64,000 nucleotides of DNA from an uncultured delta proteobacterium (GTDB taxonomy: Bacteria; Desulfobacterota; Desulfomonilia; Desulfomonilales; Desulfomonilaceae), in assembly GCA_963789265.1 (NCBI GenBank), contig CAWBKB010000001.1:1536001-1600000 (forward strand). Reading direction: 5' to 3'. A program made the translations under genes and the position numbers. Below are positions 20,380 to 31,595 of this stretch, one piece after another. Position 1 is the stretch's first letter; each line of letters begins with the position of its first letter. The notes under the pieces were generated by a model that saw nothing but the letters and a program-made list of their open reading frames with translations, was not told where the DNA came from and did not search any database.

Positions 20380-21435
20380 TGTACGCCGGAGCGAGGTCAA
20401 ACTTGAATTTGTTAAGGAACCCTCGCGAAAATTTGCGTTCACTTGCGGATAATGGTGCTGTGACAATCAAACAAACCAAACGCATCAACTGTTCGGCTTG
20501 CGAAGACGCTCCACATTTTGCCTCGGATACCAAAGCTTATTCGATGAAAGAGACCTTACTCGAGTAATAGATGCGACCAATTGGTTGATGGAACCACCAC
20601 TGGAAACACGTGCGGCCCGTAAGCCCGACAATAAGTAGTCCTATGATAGTCTTTCCGGGCATTCCGATCAAGAAAATTGTTAAAGAAGTGTAAAGGTTTG
20701 GTTAGTACGGCGGATGATATGTAGGTTCGCCATCTTCCCTATTCTAGGAGTCGGTGGAGCATGTTGCATGTCGCATTGTGGCACGGCATGACGTGCCCGG
20801 GTGCCAAGCAAAGCATTAAATGGAGTTCATTGCACCGGCATAAGTTTGTCATCGCTTGCTCCAGTGTCCCTCGCCACGAGCGATCTTTCTCCTTTAACCG
20901 CGAGACTACTCCCCGCAAGTAGCCGGATTTCACCCCTCGCAATCACAGAGGCCGGAAGGTTCTCCACGCAAGCAAATGGATGTGCCGTTATAACGAAACT
21001 CTTGGCAAGGTATCCCCCCATGATATATACTTCGTCTCTCAAGAAATTTTTCCGGGGCGCCGCAAGCGTCTGAAACACCAATTTCGCGAATGAGGTGAGA
21101 CCGGAACTCAGACATATCGAGAAGGTCGACGGCTTAGATAGGACCTCAGAATCGTCAGTTGTAATTTCATTCTCCGGTGACGAGACACTCCAGATCGTCG
21201 ACGGACGAAAGCGCCGGGTAGCATTCCCATTGTTCGGAGATGGCATCCCCAAAATTGTTTTGCAGCCTTTAATATCCCATGACGTTGATTCAGCCGATGC
21301 CGCAACGTTGGCCTATAACTCATTCCAGGAGGTGATCGCCGAAAAGAACCGCCGGACGCCCATGAGTGCCAACCCCCGCGGTGGAGGATTGGCAAATCCA
21401 TTCTAAACTTTCCTATCGTATGAGGAGGGAGCGAC

Positions 21436-22629
21436 ATGAATGCATTGAAGAAGATTCTGTTTGTAATGATCCTTGTTACTCTGGCGACTTGGATTGGCTG
21501 GACTCCGCCGGCAATGTCGGCCGGCGCTGTCAAGGTAGGCTTCATGGCCCCTTATGTAGGCGTTTATGCGAAGTTGGGCATGGACATGGACAAAGGCTTC
21601 AAGATGTACATGGATGAAGTCGGGTGGAAAGGCGGAGGCCGCAAGATAGAGATGATTAAGTCGGATACCGAGGCCAAGCCGTCTCTGGGACCTACCAAGG
21701 CAAAAGAGCTCGTTGAAAAGGATAAGGTCGACATTATAGCCGGCATCGTGCACAGTGGTGTGGCAATGTCCGTCAGAGATTACGTCACAGAAAAAAAGAT
21801 TCCTCTTGTCATTACGAACGCGGGCGCTCCGGCACTGACAGCAGCGAAAAAGAGCCCCTACATATTCCGTGTGTCATTCGCCAATGGTCAACAGGACCTT
21901 GCGGGTGGCTGGTATGCATATAACAAAGAGGGCTACAAGAAAATGGTGCTTGTTGCGCCTGACTATTCCGCGGGCCATGACAAGGCCAAGGGCTTTGCGA
22001 AATATTTCAAAGAGTCAGGGGGCACGGTCGTCAAAGAGATTTATAATCCATTATCTACGCAAGATTTCGGCCCTTATCTTATAGAGGCCAAGAAGGTGGG
22101 CAAGGACATTAACGCAACCTGGAGTTTCGAATCAGGAAGCGACTCGATTCGATTTGTTACCCAATACGCAGAATTCGGCCTGAAGAAGCTCGCTCCTTTG
22201 TTCTGCGTGGGGGACACGATTGATGACGCTTTCATCCCGTCCATGGGTGACGCGGCCTTGGGTTCCAAGACCTATACGCACTATTGCATTTCCATAGATA
22301 ATCCGCAGAACAAAAAGTTTGTCGCGGACTACCGGAAGAAATACAAGCAAGATCCCAGCATGTTCTCGGAAGCGGCATACATAGGGGCGAAAGCCATCGT
22401 TGAGACACTCAACGCGATTCATGGCGAAGTCGAAGATAAGCCCGCATTCCTTGCCGCTATGAGGAAAGTGTCATTCGCGGCACCTCGCGGCCCGTTCAAA
22501 TACGATGCCAATCAGAACGTGATCGAGAATGTGTACATCACAAGTGTCGAAAAAGTTGGGAACAAGATTCTGAACGTAGTAAAAGGCGTGATCCCCAATG
22601 TCGATCAAAATTGGAGCCCCCCTAAATAG
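21436..22629 (+). CDS. ABC transporter substrate-binding protein (LivJ/aromatic-acid type)
   Basis: Signal peptide; VKVGFMAPY.G, PYIFRVS, APRGPF. Confidence 0.88.
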   Translation: MNALKKILFVMILVTLATWIGWTPPAMSAGAVKVGFMAPYVGVYAKLGMDMDKGFKMYMDEVGWKGGGRKIEMIKSDTEAKPSLGPTKAKELVEKDKVDIIAGIVHSGVAMSVRDYVTEKKIPLVITNAGAPALTAAKKSPYIFRVSFANGQQDLAGGWYAYNKEGYKKMVLVAPDYSAGHDKAKGFAKYFKESGGTVVKEIYNPLSTQDFGPYLIEAKKVGKDINATWSFESGSDSIRFVTQYAEFGLKKLAPLFCVGDTIDDAFIPSMGDAALGSKTYTHYCISIDNPQNKKFVADYRKKYKQDPSMFSEAAYIGAKAIVETLNAIHGEVEDKPAFLAAMRKVSFAAPRGPFKYDANQNVIENVYITSVEKVGNKILNVVKGVIPNVDQNWSPPK

Positions 22630-22718
22630 GGCTTGCTCAAACATGTCCTTCGGGGCCAATGCTCTGATGAAGAGTTGACCGCCCCGAAGAACTTCTCAGA
22701 GGTCCTCACATATACGCA

Positions 22719-22954
22719 GTAAGCATTCACTTACGCGCGGGGAGAATTTGTCATTGCGAGTCCCGCCTCCCGCGGGACGAAGCAATCTTTTCCTTTAAAC
22801 GCCGCTAAGATTGCCGGTGGGACGTCCCGCGCGGAACGCGGGATTGCCCGTCATCCCTAATGAACAGGCTGTCCCGCGCCTCGCTGGACTGTCCCACCAT
22901 GCACTCCTCGCAATGACAAGATGAAGAAGATCCCCCGCATACGTGAATGGTGAC
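22719..22954. mobile_element. MITE family A with nested repeats
   Basis: Ends GTAAGCATTCAC/GTGAATGGTGAC; perfect 8-bp direct repeat TATACGCA (22711-18, 22955-62). Confidence 0.85.
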
Positions 22955-22998
22955 TATACGCACCTAATTCTCCTGACAAGAACCAAGGAGCAGAACAG

Positions 22999-24672
22999 AT
23001 GGAAGGTTTCACGCCTTGGCCCCCGGAATTCGCTCAAAGATACAGATCTGCCGGCTATTGGATCGACAAAACTATCAGCGAAGTCATGGATGAGAGTTTC
23101 GCTCGCTTCGAGTCGCGAACCGCTCTTGTCGTGGATACCGGGCATAGGTTTACGTACGGGGAGTTGGGAAAACGGGTACACCGACTGGCCTTGCACCTGA
23201 ATAGTCTGGGGTTGAAGGTTTACGATCGGCTGGTGTTGCACATGCCCAACGTGGCTGAACTGGTGATTACTTACTTGGCCGCTATCAAAGCAGGAGTAAT
23301 TCCCATCATGGCGCTGGCCGCCCACCGGGAGACGGAGATCGGATATTTTGTCAAACTCTCCGAGGCGCGGGCTCTGGCTATCACTGCTTCTTTCAAGGGT
23401 TTCGACTATCAGCAAATGGCAGCGGCGGTTCAGGCCAAAAATCCTACGCTCGAGAATGTACTCGTCGCCGGCGGCGACCCAAGAACGGGTTATCACTCCA
23501 TTGATGCTTTTCTAGCGGATCCGATTGAGGAAAGAGTAAGCACTGCCGGGCTTCCCAGGCCGGATCCCGATCTACCCGCGGCGATAATTCTTTCCGGCGG
23601 CACAACCGGTGATCCGAAGCTGGTTCCCCATACCCACAACGATTACGTGTACATTTCTCGGCGCAATGCCGAAATTTGTGAGTTTGACCGGGACACCATC
23701 ACGCTGATTGCGATTCCGCAAGGCCACAATTTCGCTCTAGCCACCCCGGGTCTTCAGTCGGTGCTCTTTAGCGGCGGCTGCGAAGTGCTGTCAAGCGACC
23801 CGTCGGCGGGTGGAATGATGGGAATGATACAAAAATATGGAGTTACGCATTGTTCTGCCGTTCCAACAATTATTCTGGGTATGCTCGATCACCCGAAACT
23901 ATCCGACTATGACCTAAGCTCCCTGAAGGTCATTTTGACCGGCGGGGCAAAATTGAACCCAGAGATAGCCATACGCATACGGCCCGAACTCGGCTGCGAA
24001 GTCCAACAAGTTCTTGGAATGGCTGAAGGCTTTTTGTTCTGGACGCGACTCGGTGAACCGGACGAAATCAATCTCTATACCCAGGGGCGTCCGCAATCGC
24101 CTGCTGACGAGCTCAGGATCGTGGACCCCGCTACCGGAGCCGACGTTCCCCCGGGTGAGATGGGAGAGGCCTGGGGCCGCGGCCCCCACACTATTCGTGG
24201 ATATTATCGTGCCCCTGAACGTAATGCCGTGGCGTTCTCACCCGACGGATTCTACAAAACAGGAGATTTGGTTCGGCTCCATCCAAGCGGGAACGTGATA
24301 TACGAAGGCCGCATCAAAGATTGCATCAACCGGGGCGGTGAGAAAATAAGCGCGGAAGAAATTGAAAATCATCTCCTGGCCCACCCCAAAGTGGCCAACT
24401 GCGCCTGCGTGGCCATGCCGGACCCTATTCTCGGAGAACGGACCTGCGCTTACGTGATCCCAACTCCTGGAGAGGCGCTGACTTTGGCGGAACTCTGTGA
24501 ATTTCTTGTCAACGAACGCAAGATAGCAAAATTCAAGCTTCCGGAGCGTCTCGAACTGGTGGATTCTTTCCCGGTGACTGCTGTAGGAAAACTCAGCAAG
24601 AAGATGCTTCGCGAAATGATAGCGGCAAAGGTTTCGGGTGAGAGACAAGCCAATCAGGCCGCTGCACGTTGA
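22999..24672 (+). CDS. Aryl acid-AMP/CoA ligase (DhbE/EntE-like)
   Basis: YRSAGYW, SGGTTGDPK, HNFALA.PG, QQVLGMAEG, GFYKTGD, INRGGEKI. Confidence 0.88.
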   Translation: MEGFTPWPPEFAQRYRSAGYWIDKTISEVMDESFARFESRTALVVDTGHRFTYGELGKRVHRLALHLNSLGLKVYDRLVLHMPNVAELVITYLAAIKAGVIPIMALAAHRETEIGYFVKLSEARALAITASFKGFDYQQMAAAVQAKNPTLENVLVAGGDPRTGYHSIDAFLADPIEERVSTAGLPRPDPDLPAAIILSGGTTGDPKLVPHTHNDYVYISRRNAEICEFDRDTITLIAIPQGHNFALATPGLQSVLFSGGCEVLSSDPSAGGMMGMIQKYGVTHCSAVPTIILGMLDHPKLSDYDLSSLKVILTGGAKLNPEIAIRIRPELGCEVQQVLGMAEGFLFWTRLGEPDEINLYTQGRPQSPADELRIVDPATGADVPPGEMGEAWGRGPHTIRGYYRAPERNAVAFSPDGFYKTGDLVRLHPSGNVIYEGRIKDCINRGGEKISAEEIENHLLAHPKVANCACVAMPDPILGERTCAYVIPTPGEALTLAELCEFLVNERKIAKFKLPERLELVDSFPVTAVGKLSKKMLREMIAAKVSGERQANQAAAR

Positions 24673-24750
24673 CGGCAATTGGGTGCAGTGAGAATCATGC
24701 GAGTTCTGGGTACACCACAATTAATTGACAAGTGATGTGGGATTGATTTG

Positions 24751-24839
24751 GGGTCAGGTCTTGCTTCTTGCGCATTTTGCTCGTGTTGGACAGAGGGACA
24801 AGCTGCGATCTGACTCACGCAGGGATCAAGACCTGAGCC
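24751..24839. repeat. GGGTCAGGTCTTG..CAAGACCTGA inverted-end repeat
   Basis: Same ends as the 28-33 kb repeat family, different interior. Confidence 0.6.
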
Positions 24840-24910
24840 AAGGACAGACCCGCCTGACCCTTGCCTGACCCCTACTCACAGGGGCTTTCCTTTCGGCGAG
24901 GCCTTGGCCT

Positions 24911-24987
24911 CGTCGTCATTCCGGCGGGGGCCGGAATCCAGGTTTTCGTAATCTTCTCTGGACCCCGGCCTTCGCCGGGGTGACGGC
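24911..24987. repeat. GTCATTCCGGC..GCCGGGGTGAC palindromic repeat
   Basis: Paired hairpins CGTCATTCCGGCGGGGGCCGGAATCCAG / CTGGACCCCGGCCTTCGCCGGGGTGACG. Confidence 0.65.
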
Positions 24988-25088
24988 GCTAGTAGACGGC
25001 GTTCTCTTAAGTCAACAGCATTGGGCCGGCGCTGCCGGCCAAGGAGTTCTCATTCTTTTGAACGCGAAATGGTTCAACACACCACCCG

Positions 25089-25418
25089 CTACTCCTCTTG
25101 CTGGAAGATATCCTTCGCAAGAAGGATCGCCGACATTGCTGTGGGCCACCCTGCGTAAAAGGCGAGATGCGTAATCAATTCGACGATTTCATCCTTGCTG
25201 ATGCCATTCTCAAGAGCCCGCGCGAGATGGAAGGGCAACTGCTCGGTGCGGTTGAGCGCGACGAGAGTCGCGACCGTGATCAGACTACGGTCGCGCTTTG
25301 ACAGGCCGGGCCGTTCCCAAATGTCTCCAAAGAGAACATCCTCAGTGAGTTCAGTGAGCTTCGGAGCGACTTCGCCGATAAGCTCGCGTACGGTCGGAGT
25401 GGGCTGGTTCGATGCCAT
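25089..25418 (-). CDS. Carboxymuconolactone decarboxylase family protein
   Basis: VLFGDIWERPGLSKRDRSLIT..HLAFYAGWP; AAGGAGG RBS. Confidence 0.9.
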   Translation of the reverse strand: MASNQPTPTVRELIGEVAPKLTELTEDVLFGDIWERPGLSKRDRSLITVATLVALNRTEQLPFHLARALENGISKDEIVELITHLAFYAGWPTAMSAILLAKDIFQQEE

Positions 25419-25657
25419 TGTTTCCTCCTTGGTGTATAAGTATACCGATTCCCTTTCGAGCAAGTGATTCCGTGATTTTGGTGGGACAGTCACGCCCGGG
25501 CGTGATTGCCTGTCGTCATGCCCGCGTACGCGGGCATCCAGACTGGACCCCGGATCGGAGTCCGGGGCGACGAATAGCAGGCAGTCCCGCGTTCCCGCGC
25601 GGGATGCCCCACCACATCCTGTTTTGGGATTGTTACTTGCTTGATGGCGCATTGTTA

Positions 25658-26764
25658 TTAGATCTCTATCATCTCGTATTCTGACGTACCTAGACCTATC
25701 TCCTCTCCATAAGTGATCTGCATGAGGCCACGGGTATGTTGCCAGACCGCGCCGAATTTGTCTTGTCCGGAAGCCACTGGCCGATCTAGAATTGATCGCT
25801 CGATACTCGCCTGAGCCGTCACCAGATCATAGCTCGCCTTGTCCAGTGCGACGGGATCCGTCGAAGCGAGGATGCCGATGTCAGGAACGATTGGCGAGTC
25901 GCTCCAAGGCACGCAGTCGCAATCCGGGGTGATGTTGAGAAGGAAGTTCATGTAACATACTTTGCCTGTCTTGTTCTTAACCGCTCCGTACGCGTATTCG
26001 GTCAATCTTTCCATGAACTCCGGAATATCTGAAAACCAGTCGGGCTGTACGGCTGTCTCCTGGCACACGGTAACGCACTCGAAACACCCGATGCACTTTT
26101 CCTGGTTCACGACAGACTTACCGTCCTCCACGAGCACTGCCCCTGCCGGACACGCTTCTTCACACAGTCCGCAGCCAATGCATTTTGCCTGATCCACAGT
26201 GACTCGGGCTGAATGCTGTTCTCGCCTGCCCCCATTCGATGCGCACCCCATGGCAAGATTCTTGATTGCTCCAGCGAACCCCGCGACCATGTGCCCCTTG
26301 AAGTGAGAAAGGACCACCATAGAGTCCGCCCGGTAAATGTCCTGTCCGATGGAAACCTCCTTGAGCCGCTTGAGATTGACTTCGACCTGAACCGCATTGT
26401 GGCCGCGGATGCCATCCGCGATGATTACCGGGGCACCTACCACGGAAAAGGCAAATCCGTGTTCGAACGCCGTAACGATATGATCTACCGCGTTCATTCG
26501 GGTGCTCATGTAGAGGGTATTCGTGTCGGTAAGGAATGGCTTGCCCCCGGCGGTCTTCACTTTGTCCACGATCTGCCTGACATACATGGGCCGCAGGTGA
26601 GAATCGTTTCCGTGCTCTCCAAAGTGGAGTTTGATGGCGGTCAGATCTTCCTTTGCTACGATCTTATCCAAACCTACGGCCTCGGCCAGCCGCCTCACTT
26701 TGGCAATTTTGTTATCCAGATGGCTTCTTGTCCTTGCGTTGCAAAAATATACAGGTGACGGCAT
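25658..26764 (-). CDS. DUF362 Fe-S protein with 2x[4Fe-4S] domain
   Basis: AIKLHFGE, SHFKGH, two CxxCxxCxxxC, PDCDC. Confidence 0.88.
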   Translation of the reverse strand: MPSPVYFCNARTRSHLDNKIAKVRRLAEAVGLDKIVAKEDLTAIKLHFGEHGNDSHLRPMYVRQIVDKVKTAGGKPFLTDTNTLYMSTRMNAVDHIVTAFEHGFAFSVVGAPVIIADGIRGHNAVQVEVNLKRLKEVSIGQDIYRADSMVVLSHFKGHMVAGFAGAIKNLAMGCASNGGRREQHSARVTVDQAKCIGCGLCEEACPAGAVLVEDGKSVVNQEKCIGCFECVTVCQETAVQPDWFSDIPEFMERLTEYAYGAVKNKTGKVCYMNFLLNITPDCDCVPWSDSPIVPDIGILASTDPVALDKASYDLVTAQASIERSILDRPVASGQDKFGAVWQHTRGLMQITYGEEIGLGTSEYEMIEI

Positions 26765-27016
26765 GTTTCCTCCTATTCTTCAATCGTGGTCCGTCGTCCG
26801 TAGTGATGGCTCAGTTTTCGAGGTAAAATCACGGCCGACTGTTGCCTCATGATAGGGTTAACATCCGGAACATTCCATACACGATTCTACGAAAGTCTTG
26901 CCTATTCCTGCCGGATCTGCCAAACCCGGCGAGACTGTTGCAGAAACCTTGTGTGTTCCGCGCGGAAACGTATTGCCGTAAACTCACAAGGCGAGTCTGC
27001 AAGGAGGACGAGAGCA

Positions 27017-27946
27017 GTGAAAATGGCTGAAAAAGAACGGCTGGTCGAATTGCTGAGAAAACTCGCTGCGCAGGAAGGCATCTCGCAATCCATCCTGAAT
27101 GGTGTTCAGTTCATGCGTGCTAACAATTCCTATCCCCGTGCGCCGGTGATATACGACCAGCGCATCGTCATTGTAGGACAAGGGCGCAAGAAAGGTTACT
27201 TGGGTGATCAGGTCTACACTTATGGTGCTTACAACTACCTGGTGCTCGCCGCGTCACTCCCATTCGAGTGCGAGACGGAAGCGAGCCCGGAAAAGCCCTT
27301 GCTCGCCGTGTCGATCCAAGTCTCTTCAGTCGGGCTGGGAGAGTTGCTCGTGGACATGGATGGAGATGCCGACGACGACCGACCCGCCCCACTGGGGATC
27401 TATTCAACACCGTTAACTGATGCGCCGATTAGTGCAACCGTCCGCCTATTGGAATGCCTGTGCTCCCCCATGGACAGTCGCATTTTGGGGCCACAGATCG
27501 TGCGGGAAATCACGTATCGAGTGTTGTGCGGGGAACAGGGTGGGGCTTTGCGGGCACTGGCGACCCGGCACAGTTCTTTCGGCCAAATCGCTCGGGTTCT
27601 AAGGCGAATCCATTCGGAATACTCCAATGCGCTCGACGTTGAGACATTAGCCGAAGATGCCAGCATGAGCGTGTCGACATTCCACCGGACCTTCAAGGCG
27701 GTCACAGCCACCTCACCCCTGCAATATCTGAAAAGCATTCGACTGCACAAGGCGCGGTTGTTGATGCTCCAGGAAGGACTCAATGCCGGCACCGCTGCGG
27801 CGCGGGTCGGCTACGAAAGCGCCTCCCAGTTCAGCCGTGAATTCAAACGCTTCTTTGGGAACAGCCCTGTTGTTGAGAGTGCAAAGATGCGGGGAATGGA
27901 GCGCCTGTTACCCACTCTGTCGACAGAGAGTGGATCGTTCGCTTGA
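27017..27946 (+). CDS. AraC-family transcriptional regulator
   Basis: AAGGAGG RBS; SPLQYLK.IRL..VGYESASQFSREFKRFFG. Confidence 0.92.
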   Translation: MKMAEKERLVELLRKLAAQEGISQSILNGVQFMRANNSYPRAPVIYDQRIVIVGQGRKKGYLGDQVYTYGAYNYLVLAASLPFECETEASPEKPLLAVSIQVSSVGLGELLVDMDGDADDDRPAPLGIYSTPLTDAPISATVRLLECLCSPMDSRILGPQIVREITYRVLCGEQGGALRALATRHSSFGQIARVLRRIHSEYSNALDVETLAEDASMSVSTFHRTFKAVTATSPLQYLKSIRLHKARLLMLQEGLNAGTAAARVGYESASQFSREFKRFFGNSPVVESAKMRGMERLLPTLSTESGSFA

Positions 27947-28023
27947 CTCCGTTACACAGACAACGTTCGCATTGCTGCTGTCGCGAGTTCAGGGACGATT
28001 TTGAAAGGAGAAGCGGGTGTCTC

Positions 28024-28139
28024 GGGTCAAATCTTGCTTTTTGTCTCATCGAGATCGCGGCGCAGATGGGGCTCCATTGCTCCCTGGTGAGCAGAACTGC
28101 CCAGCGCGAAAGGCAGTACTCAAGAAGCAAGGCCTGACC
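28024..28139 (+). repeat. ~116-bp repeat, copy 1
   Basis: GGGTCAAATCTTGCT..GAGATCGCGGCGCAGAT..GCAGAACTGCCC..CAAGGCCTGACC. Confidence 0.85.
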
Positions 28140-28480
28140 ACATCGCGCGGAGTATCATCGCCAAAGTGATGCGACCAACGGGATGCAGCGGGAGGATTGC
28201 AAAAACGGACTAATGCTAAGAAAATAGACCTAACCACGAGTATTGCGGGTGCGAAAATTGATTGACGGAGCGGCATTGGGTGAAGTATGCTCAATGCTCA
28301 ATAGGAGTGCAAAAAGAGCTTTCTCAAATCCACCACGATGGTTTGGTCTCTTCGCGGTCTCGCGGGAGCTTGTCGCATAAGCGATTTAGATTTGCGGAAC
28401 CGGTGTTGGGAATCTAACCGGTCTCAGGACATCCAAGGTAAAGAACTGCCGCATGATGTCGGTCAATTGGGAAGGATGAG

Positions 28481-29767
28481 ATGAGTGCTGATACCCCAGC
28501 TATGAATAATGGGCCTCGCGGTTACGTCATCCGCGCCCTAGTCACAATCCTTGCTATCTTTGCCTATGGCTGGATAATTTTTCTGCTTAACCCAGTGGCA
28601 ACCTTGGGAACAGCTAAGTTTGCCTCCAAACAGTTTGAAAATAGTGATATCGGATATGCAGTATCACTATTCGGAATGGATTTTTTTAAGAATTTGGGTG
28701 TTCCAACCGTAGTAATCGTGCTGGTCCTCATTTGGATCTGGTGGAAACCCATTAAGTCTTTTTTCAAATCGAATGGGGCACCGCTTGCAATGATGGCTCT
28801 TGTCCTGTTAACAAGCACGCAGCTATTTGCCTACTATGATAAGACGGACTACACCGAGGCTTACTTTGTTCTTCCAAACGAGTCAGCCTTCTTTATCCCG
28901 GACGTCGGAGCCAACAAGAGTAGTCAGAGCCAATTCGGTTCTGAGCAGTATTTGAGGGAGAATAAGATTGCGGCCAAGAGGTTCATCATCCCGCATGCCA
29001 AACTTGCCGGCTCTGGTGCCTGGAGTGACTTCTACGTACCGACCGGCCGGTTGATTATAGTCGACCGCACGCCATACAACCGTGAGTGGGTTAAATCCAT
29101 ATCGCGAGGAACTTCAGCCAGGAATCAAGGATTCCCGGTCCAAAGCAAAGAAGGGCTCAATATCACGGTTGGAATAGCCATTGCTACTTCGGTGACTGAA
29201 GATGACTCACCCAGGTTTCTGTTCCGTTTTGGTGTGAAGCCTCCTGTAGGCGATCGAACCAAGCCTCAGGTTATTTTTACCTCTGTGTATTACGGACGTA
29301 GTCTTACCGAAGTGATGGACGGTGTCGTAAGAGACAAGGTTCAAGCTTTGTTAGGCAATGAGTTTACCAAGCGTGCTTTCGATGAGGCTAACGCACAAGC
29401 CGAACAGATTATGGCGAGTGTCCAGACAAACCTCGAAAAATATCTGAAGTCAGTTGGTATCACACTTGATTACATCGGCTGGGCTGACACATTTGAGTTT
29501 GACGCTTCTGTGCAAAATGCGATTAACCGGCGCTATATAGCGACGCAGGATGAGGCGATTGCGCAACGACTGAGTCCGTACACGTCAACCATACAAAGTC
29601 TGGCAGCGGCTGAAGCACTGAGGTCCTTCGGCAACAAGACGGATGGAAAGCTTCCTACCAACGTCTCGTTGTGGTGGCTTCCATCCAGGCTGAGTGAGTT
29701 CTTGGAAGGACTGTTGAATCCAAGATCTGAAACGGCTCTCCCCACAGGAAAAGCTCCAAAGAAATAG
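28481..29767 (+). CDS. Membrane protein with SPFH/band-7-like domain
   Basis: N-terminal TMs; QSKEGLNITV.., GITLDYIG..VQNAIN. Confidence 0.65.
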   Translation: MSADTPAMNNGPRGYVIRALVTILAIFAYGWIIFLLNPVATLGTAKFASKQFENSDIGYAVSLFGMDFFKNLGVPTVVIVLVLIWIWWKPIKSFFKSNGAPLAMMALVLLTSTQLFAYYDKTDYTEAYFVLPNESAFFIPDVGANKSSQSQFGSEQYLRENKIAAKRFIIPHAKLAGSGAWSDFYVPTGRLIIVDRTPYNREWVKSISRGTSARNQGFPVQSKEGLNITVGIAIATSVTEDDSPRFLFRFGVKPPVGDRTKPQVIFTSVYYGRSLTEVMDGVVRDKVQALLGNEFTKRAFDEANAQAEQIMASVQTNLEKYLKSVGITLDYIGWADTFEFDASVQNAINRRYIATQDEAIAQRLSPYTSTIQSLAAAEALRSFGNKTDGKLPTNVSLWWLPSRLSEFLEGLLNPRSETALPTGKAPKK

Positions 29768-29826
29768 CCTAACCGACGGCTTAATCGAGACCGCGATCGT
29801 TGCGGAACTTCAGTAGGTGGGGCATG

Positions 29827-30034
29827 GGGTAGGGCCTTGCTTTTTTGGGGCAGGGAGATCGTCGCGCAGGTTGAGTTCCGTCACTCGAGGCGGGCAGAAC
29901 TGCCCTGCGCGAAAGCCAGCAGTCGAGAAACAAGACCTGACACACCGTCCTGCGCACTAGGCGCGAGACCGGCAATGACAAGCTTTCGCCGCGCGTAACT
30001 GAGGGATTGCATGGATTCCGGAATTTTGCTTGAC
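29827..30034 (+). repeat. ~116-bp repeat copy 2 plus ~94-bp extension ending in TTGAC
   Basis: Diverged core; extension nearly identical to 33337-33430. Confidence 0.8.
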
Positions 30035-30344
30035 AGGTGTATGCAGTTTATGTGAGATCTAGATTAAGTAAATGTGTCGTAATTTATCGGTTCGGAGCAA
30101 AGCTCGATAGTAGGTGTTCCCTCTTTCGCGTGCTTGGCCCCAGATCGCTCCGGAAGCGGAGCTTCCACGTTTTTGCCGGAGCACGGATTTTGGGATGATG
30201 GGGGTTTGTGCAGCTCGCAGCCCGATGTGCTGTAGCGGCTTTCGCAAGACGACTTCCGGGCCGGGACACCTCTCGGCGTGTGAGTGCTCGGTATCCATTT
30301 TGTTTTGAATCCGTAGGTCGGAAGTACTGTGTGGGGGTAGAGGT

Positions 30345-31469
30345 ATGGCTGGGCACGGTCGTTCGTTCAGATGGGGGCTGGCTGTTGTTGCCGGGCTTTT
30401 GACTTGTTTGTCTGCAAGTGGTTTGCAAGCACAAAGCCTCGCAGCGTTGCCTTGGGTTGGGGCGCTCGATTGGGGCGCGGTGAGGGTAACCCCAGAGGTG
30501 AACGTTGGATACCAGTCAATGGGAGTGAATTTTAATTTACCCGCCCGCCTGCTTCCGGGCAGCCTTCTTGTAGGCGTTCCGATATCCGGTAATAGTAGTG
30601 TGGACCTCAAGTTGCGAGATGCCAATGTAGGTGTAGGCTCAGTGGGGCTGGACTTCACCACGAATTCCCCATTCAGTTTGTTTTTGAGTGGCGAGGGGAG
30701 TTTGAAAAGAAATGTGGGCGCCGTCACCACGGAATATCCGGGCCTGGAGAATTTGGGATTGTCCTTTCCGGTTCAATGGAATGCACCAGAATTTCAATAT
30801 TGGGCCATCGAAGGCGGAATTGGTATATTCTGGAGACCAGGGTACTCGCTGGTATGCGGTTTGAGGCGAGAGAAAGTGTCGGTTCAGCTTAGGGAACCTT
30901 CTCCGTCTTCCATTAGCTTGGGACCGGTACCTCCGCCGATAGTCCTGCAACTCAATGCAATCGAAAGTTTTGGGGATTTCGAAGAGAATTCGTGGATACC
31001 ATACTTCGGCATTAAGATAGCCGGACCGGGCTATCGGTGCACTATCATTGGAAGTCCATTTGTCGCCACGGAAATTAGGTTGCCCTTATCGGCGATTTCC
31101 AATTTTAGGAGTGGTGTAATTTCCGGAGGATTATTTTCCGGTTACACTCAGAATCGGTCTGTTACCTGGGACTATAAAGTGAGCGATCCCAGCCTTTTTC
31201 TGGAATGCGCGTTAGAGTATGACACCAGTCCGTTTGGATCTGACTCTATCAAATTTACTCCCTGGGTGAAGGGGAGTTGGCTACACTACAGGGGCCGCGG
31301 GATTTTGGACGCAAGCACAGTAGTTGCTGATTACTATAGCCACCCCTTCGGCCCTCCTCCCCCTTTCACCGGAGTCAGGGTCCAGAGCACCACTTCTTCT
31401 GACACAGACACGGCCACCTTAGGCAGATATTTTGTTGCCGGTGGGGTTAGCGTCCTGTTTTCCTTTTGA
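30345..31469 (+). CDS. Secreted, putative outer-membrane beta-barrel protein
   Basis: Signal peptide, alternating beta patterns, C-terminal Phe (GGVSVLFSF). Confidence 0.65.
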   Translation: MAGHGRSFRWGLAVVAGLLTCLSASGLQAQSLAALPWVGALDWGAVRVTPEVNVGYQSMGVNFNLPARLLPGSLLVGVPISGNSSVDLKLRDANVGVGSVGLDFTTNSPFSLFLSGEGSLKRNVGAVTTEYPGLENLGLSFPVQWNAPEFQYWAIEGGIGIFWRPGYSLVCGLRREKVSVQLREPSPSSISLGPVPPPIVLQLNAIESFGDFEENSWIPYFGIKIAGPGYRCTIIGSPFVATEIRLPLSAISNFRSGVISGGLFSGYTQNRSVTWDYKVSDPSLFLECALEYDTSPFGSDSIKFTPWVKGSWLHYRGRGILDASTVVADYYSHPFGPPPPFTGVRVQSTTSSDTDTATLGRYFVAGGVSVLFSF

Positions 31470-31595
31470 TTTTTTAGCTTGAGCAGAGCCGTCTCGCGCA
31501 GACCCAGTGGGGAAGGGCTTCTGTCTATTTGCGTTGCCTCGTGCTCCATGCAGACAATATTACTTTAGTTCTTAGCCATATATTGCACGTGCCTG

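Noticed and set aside
20801..21406. Two in-frame ORFs separated by TGA (21071-21073) as a selenoprotein
   Set aside because: No redox motif, no family similarity, no convincing SECIS or RBS
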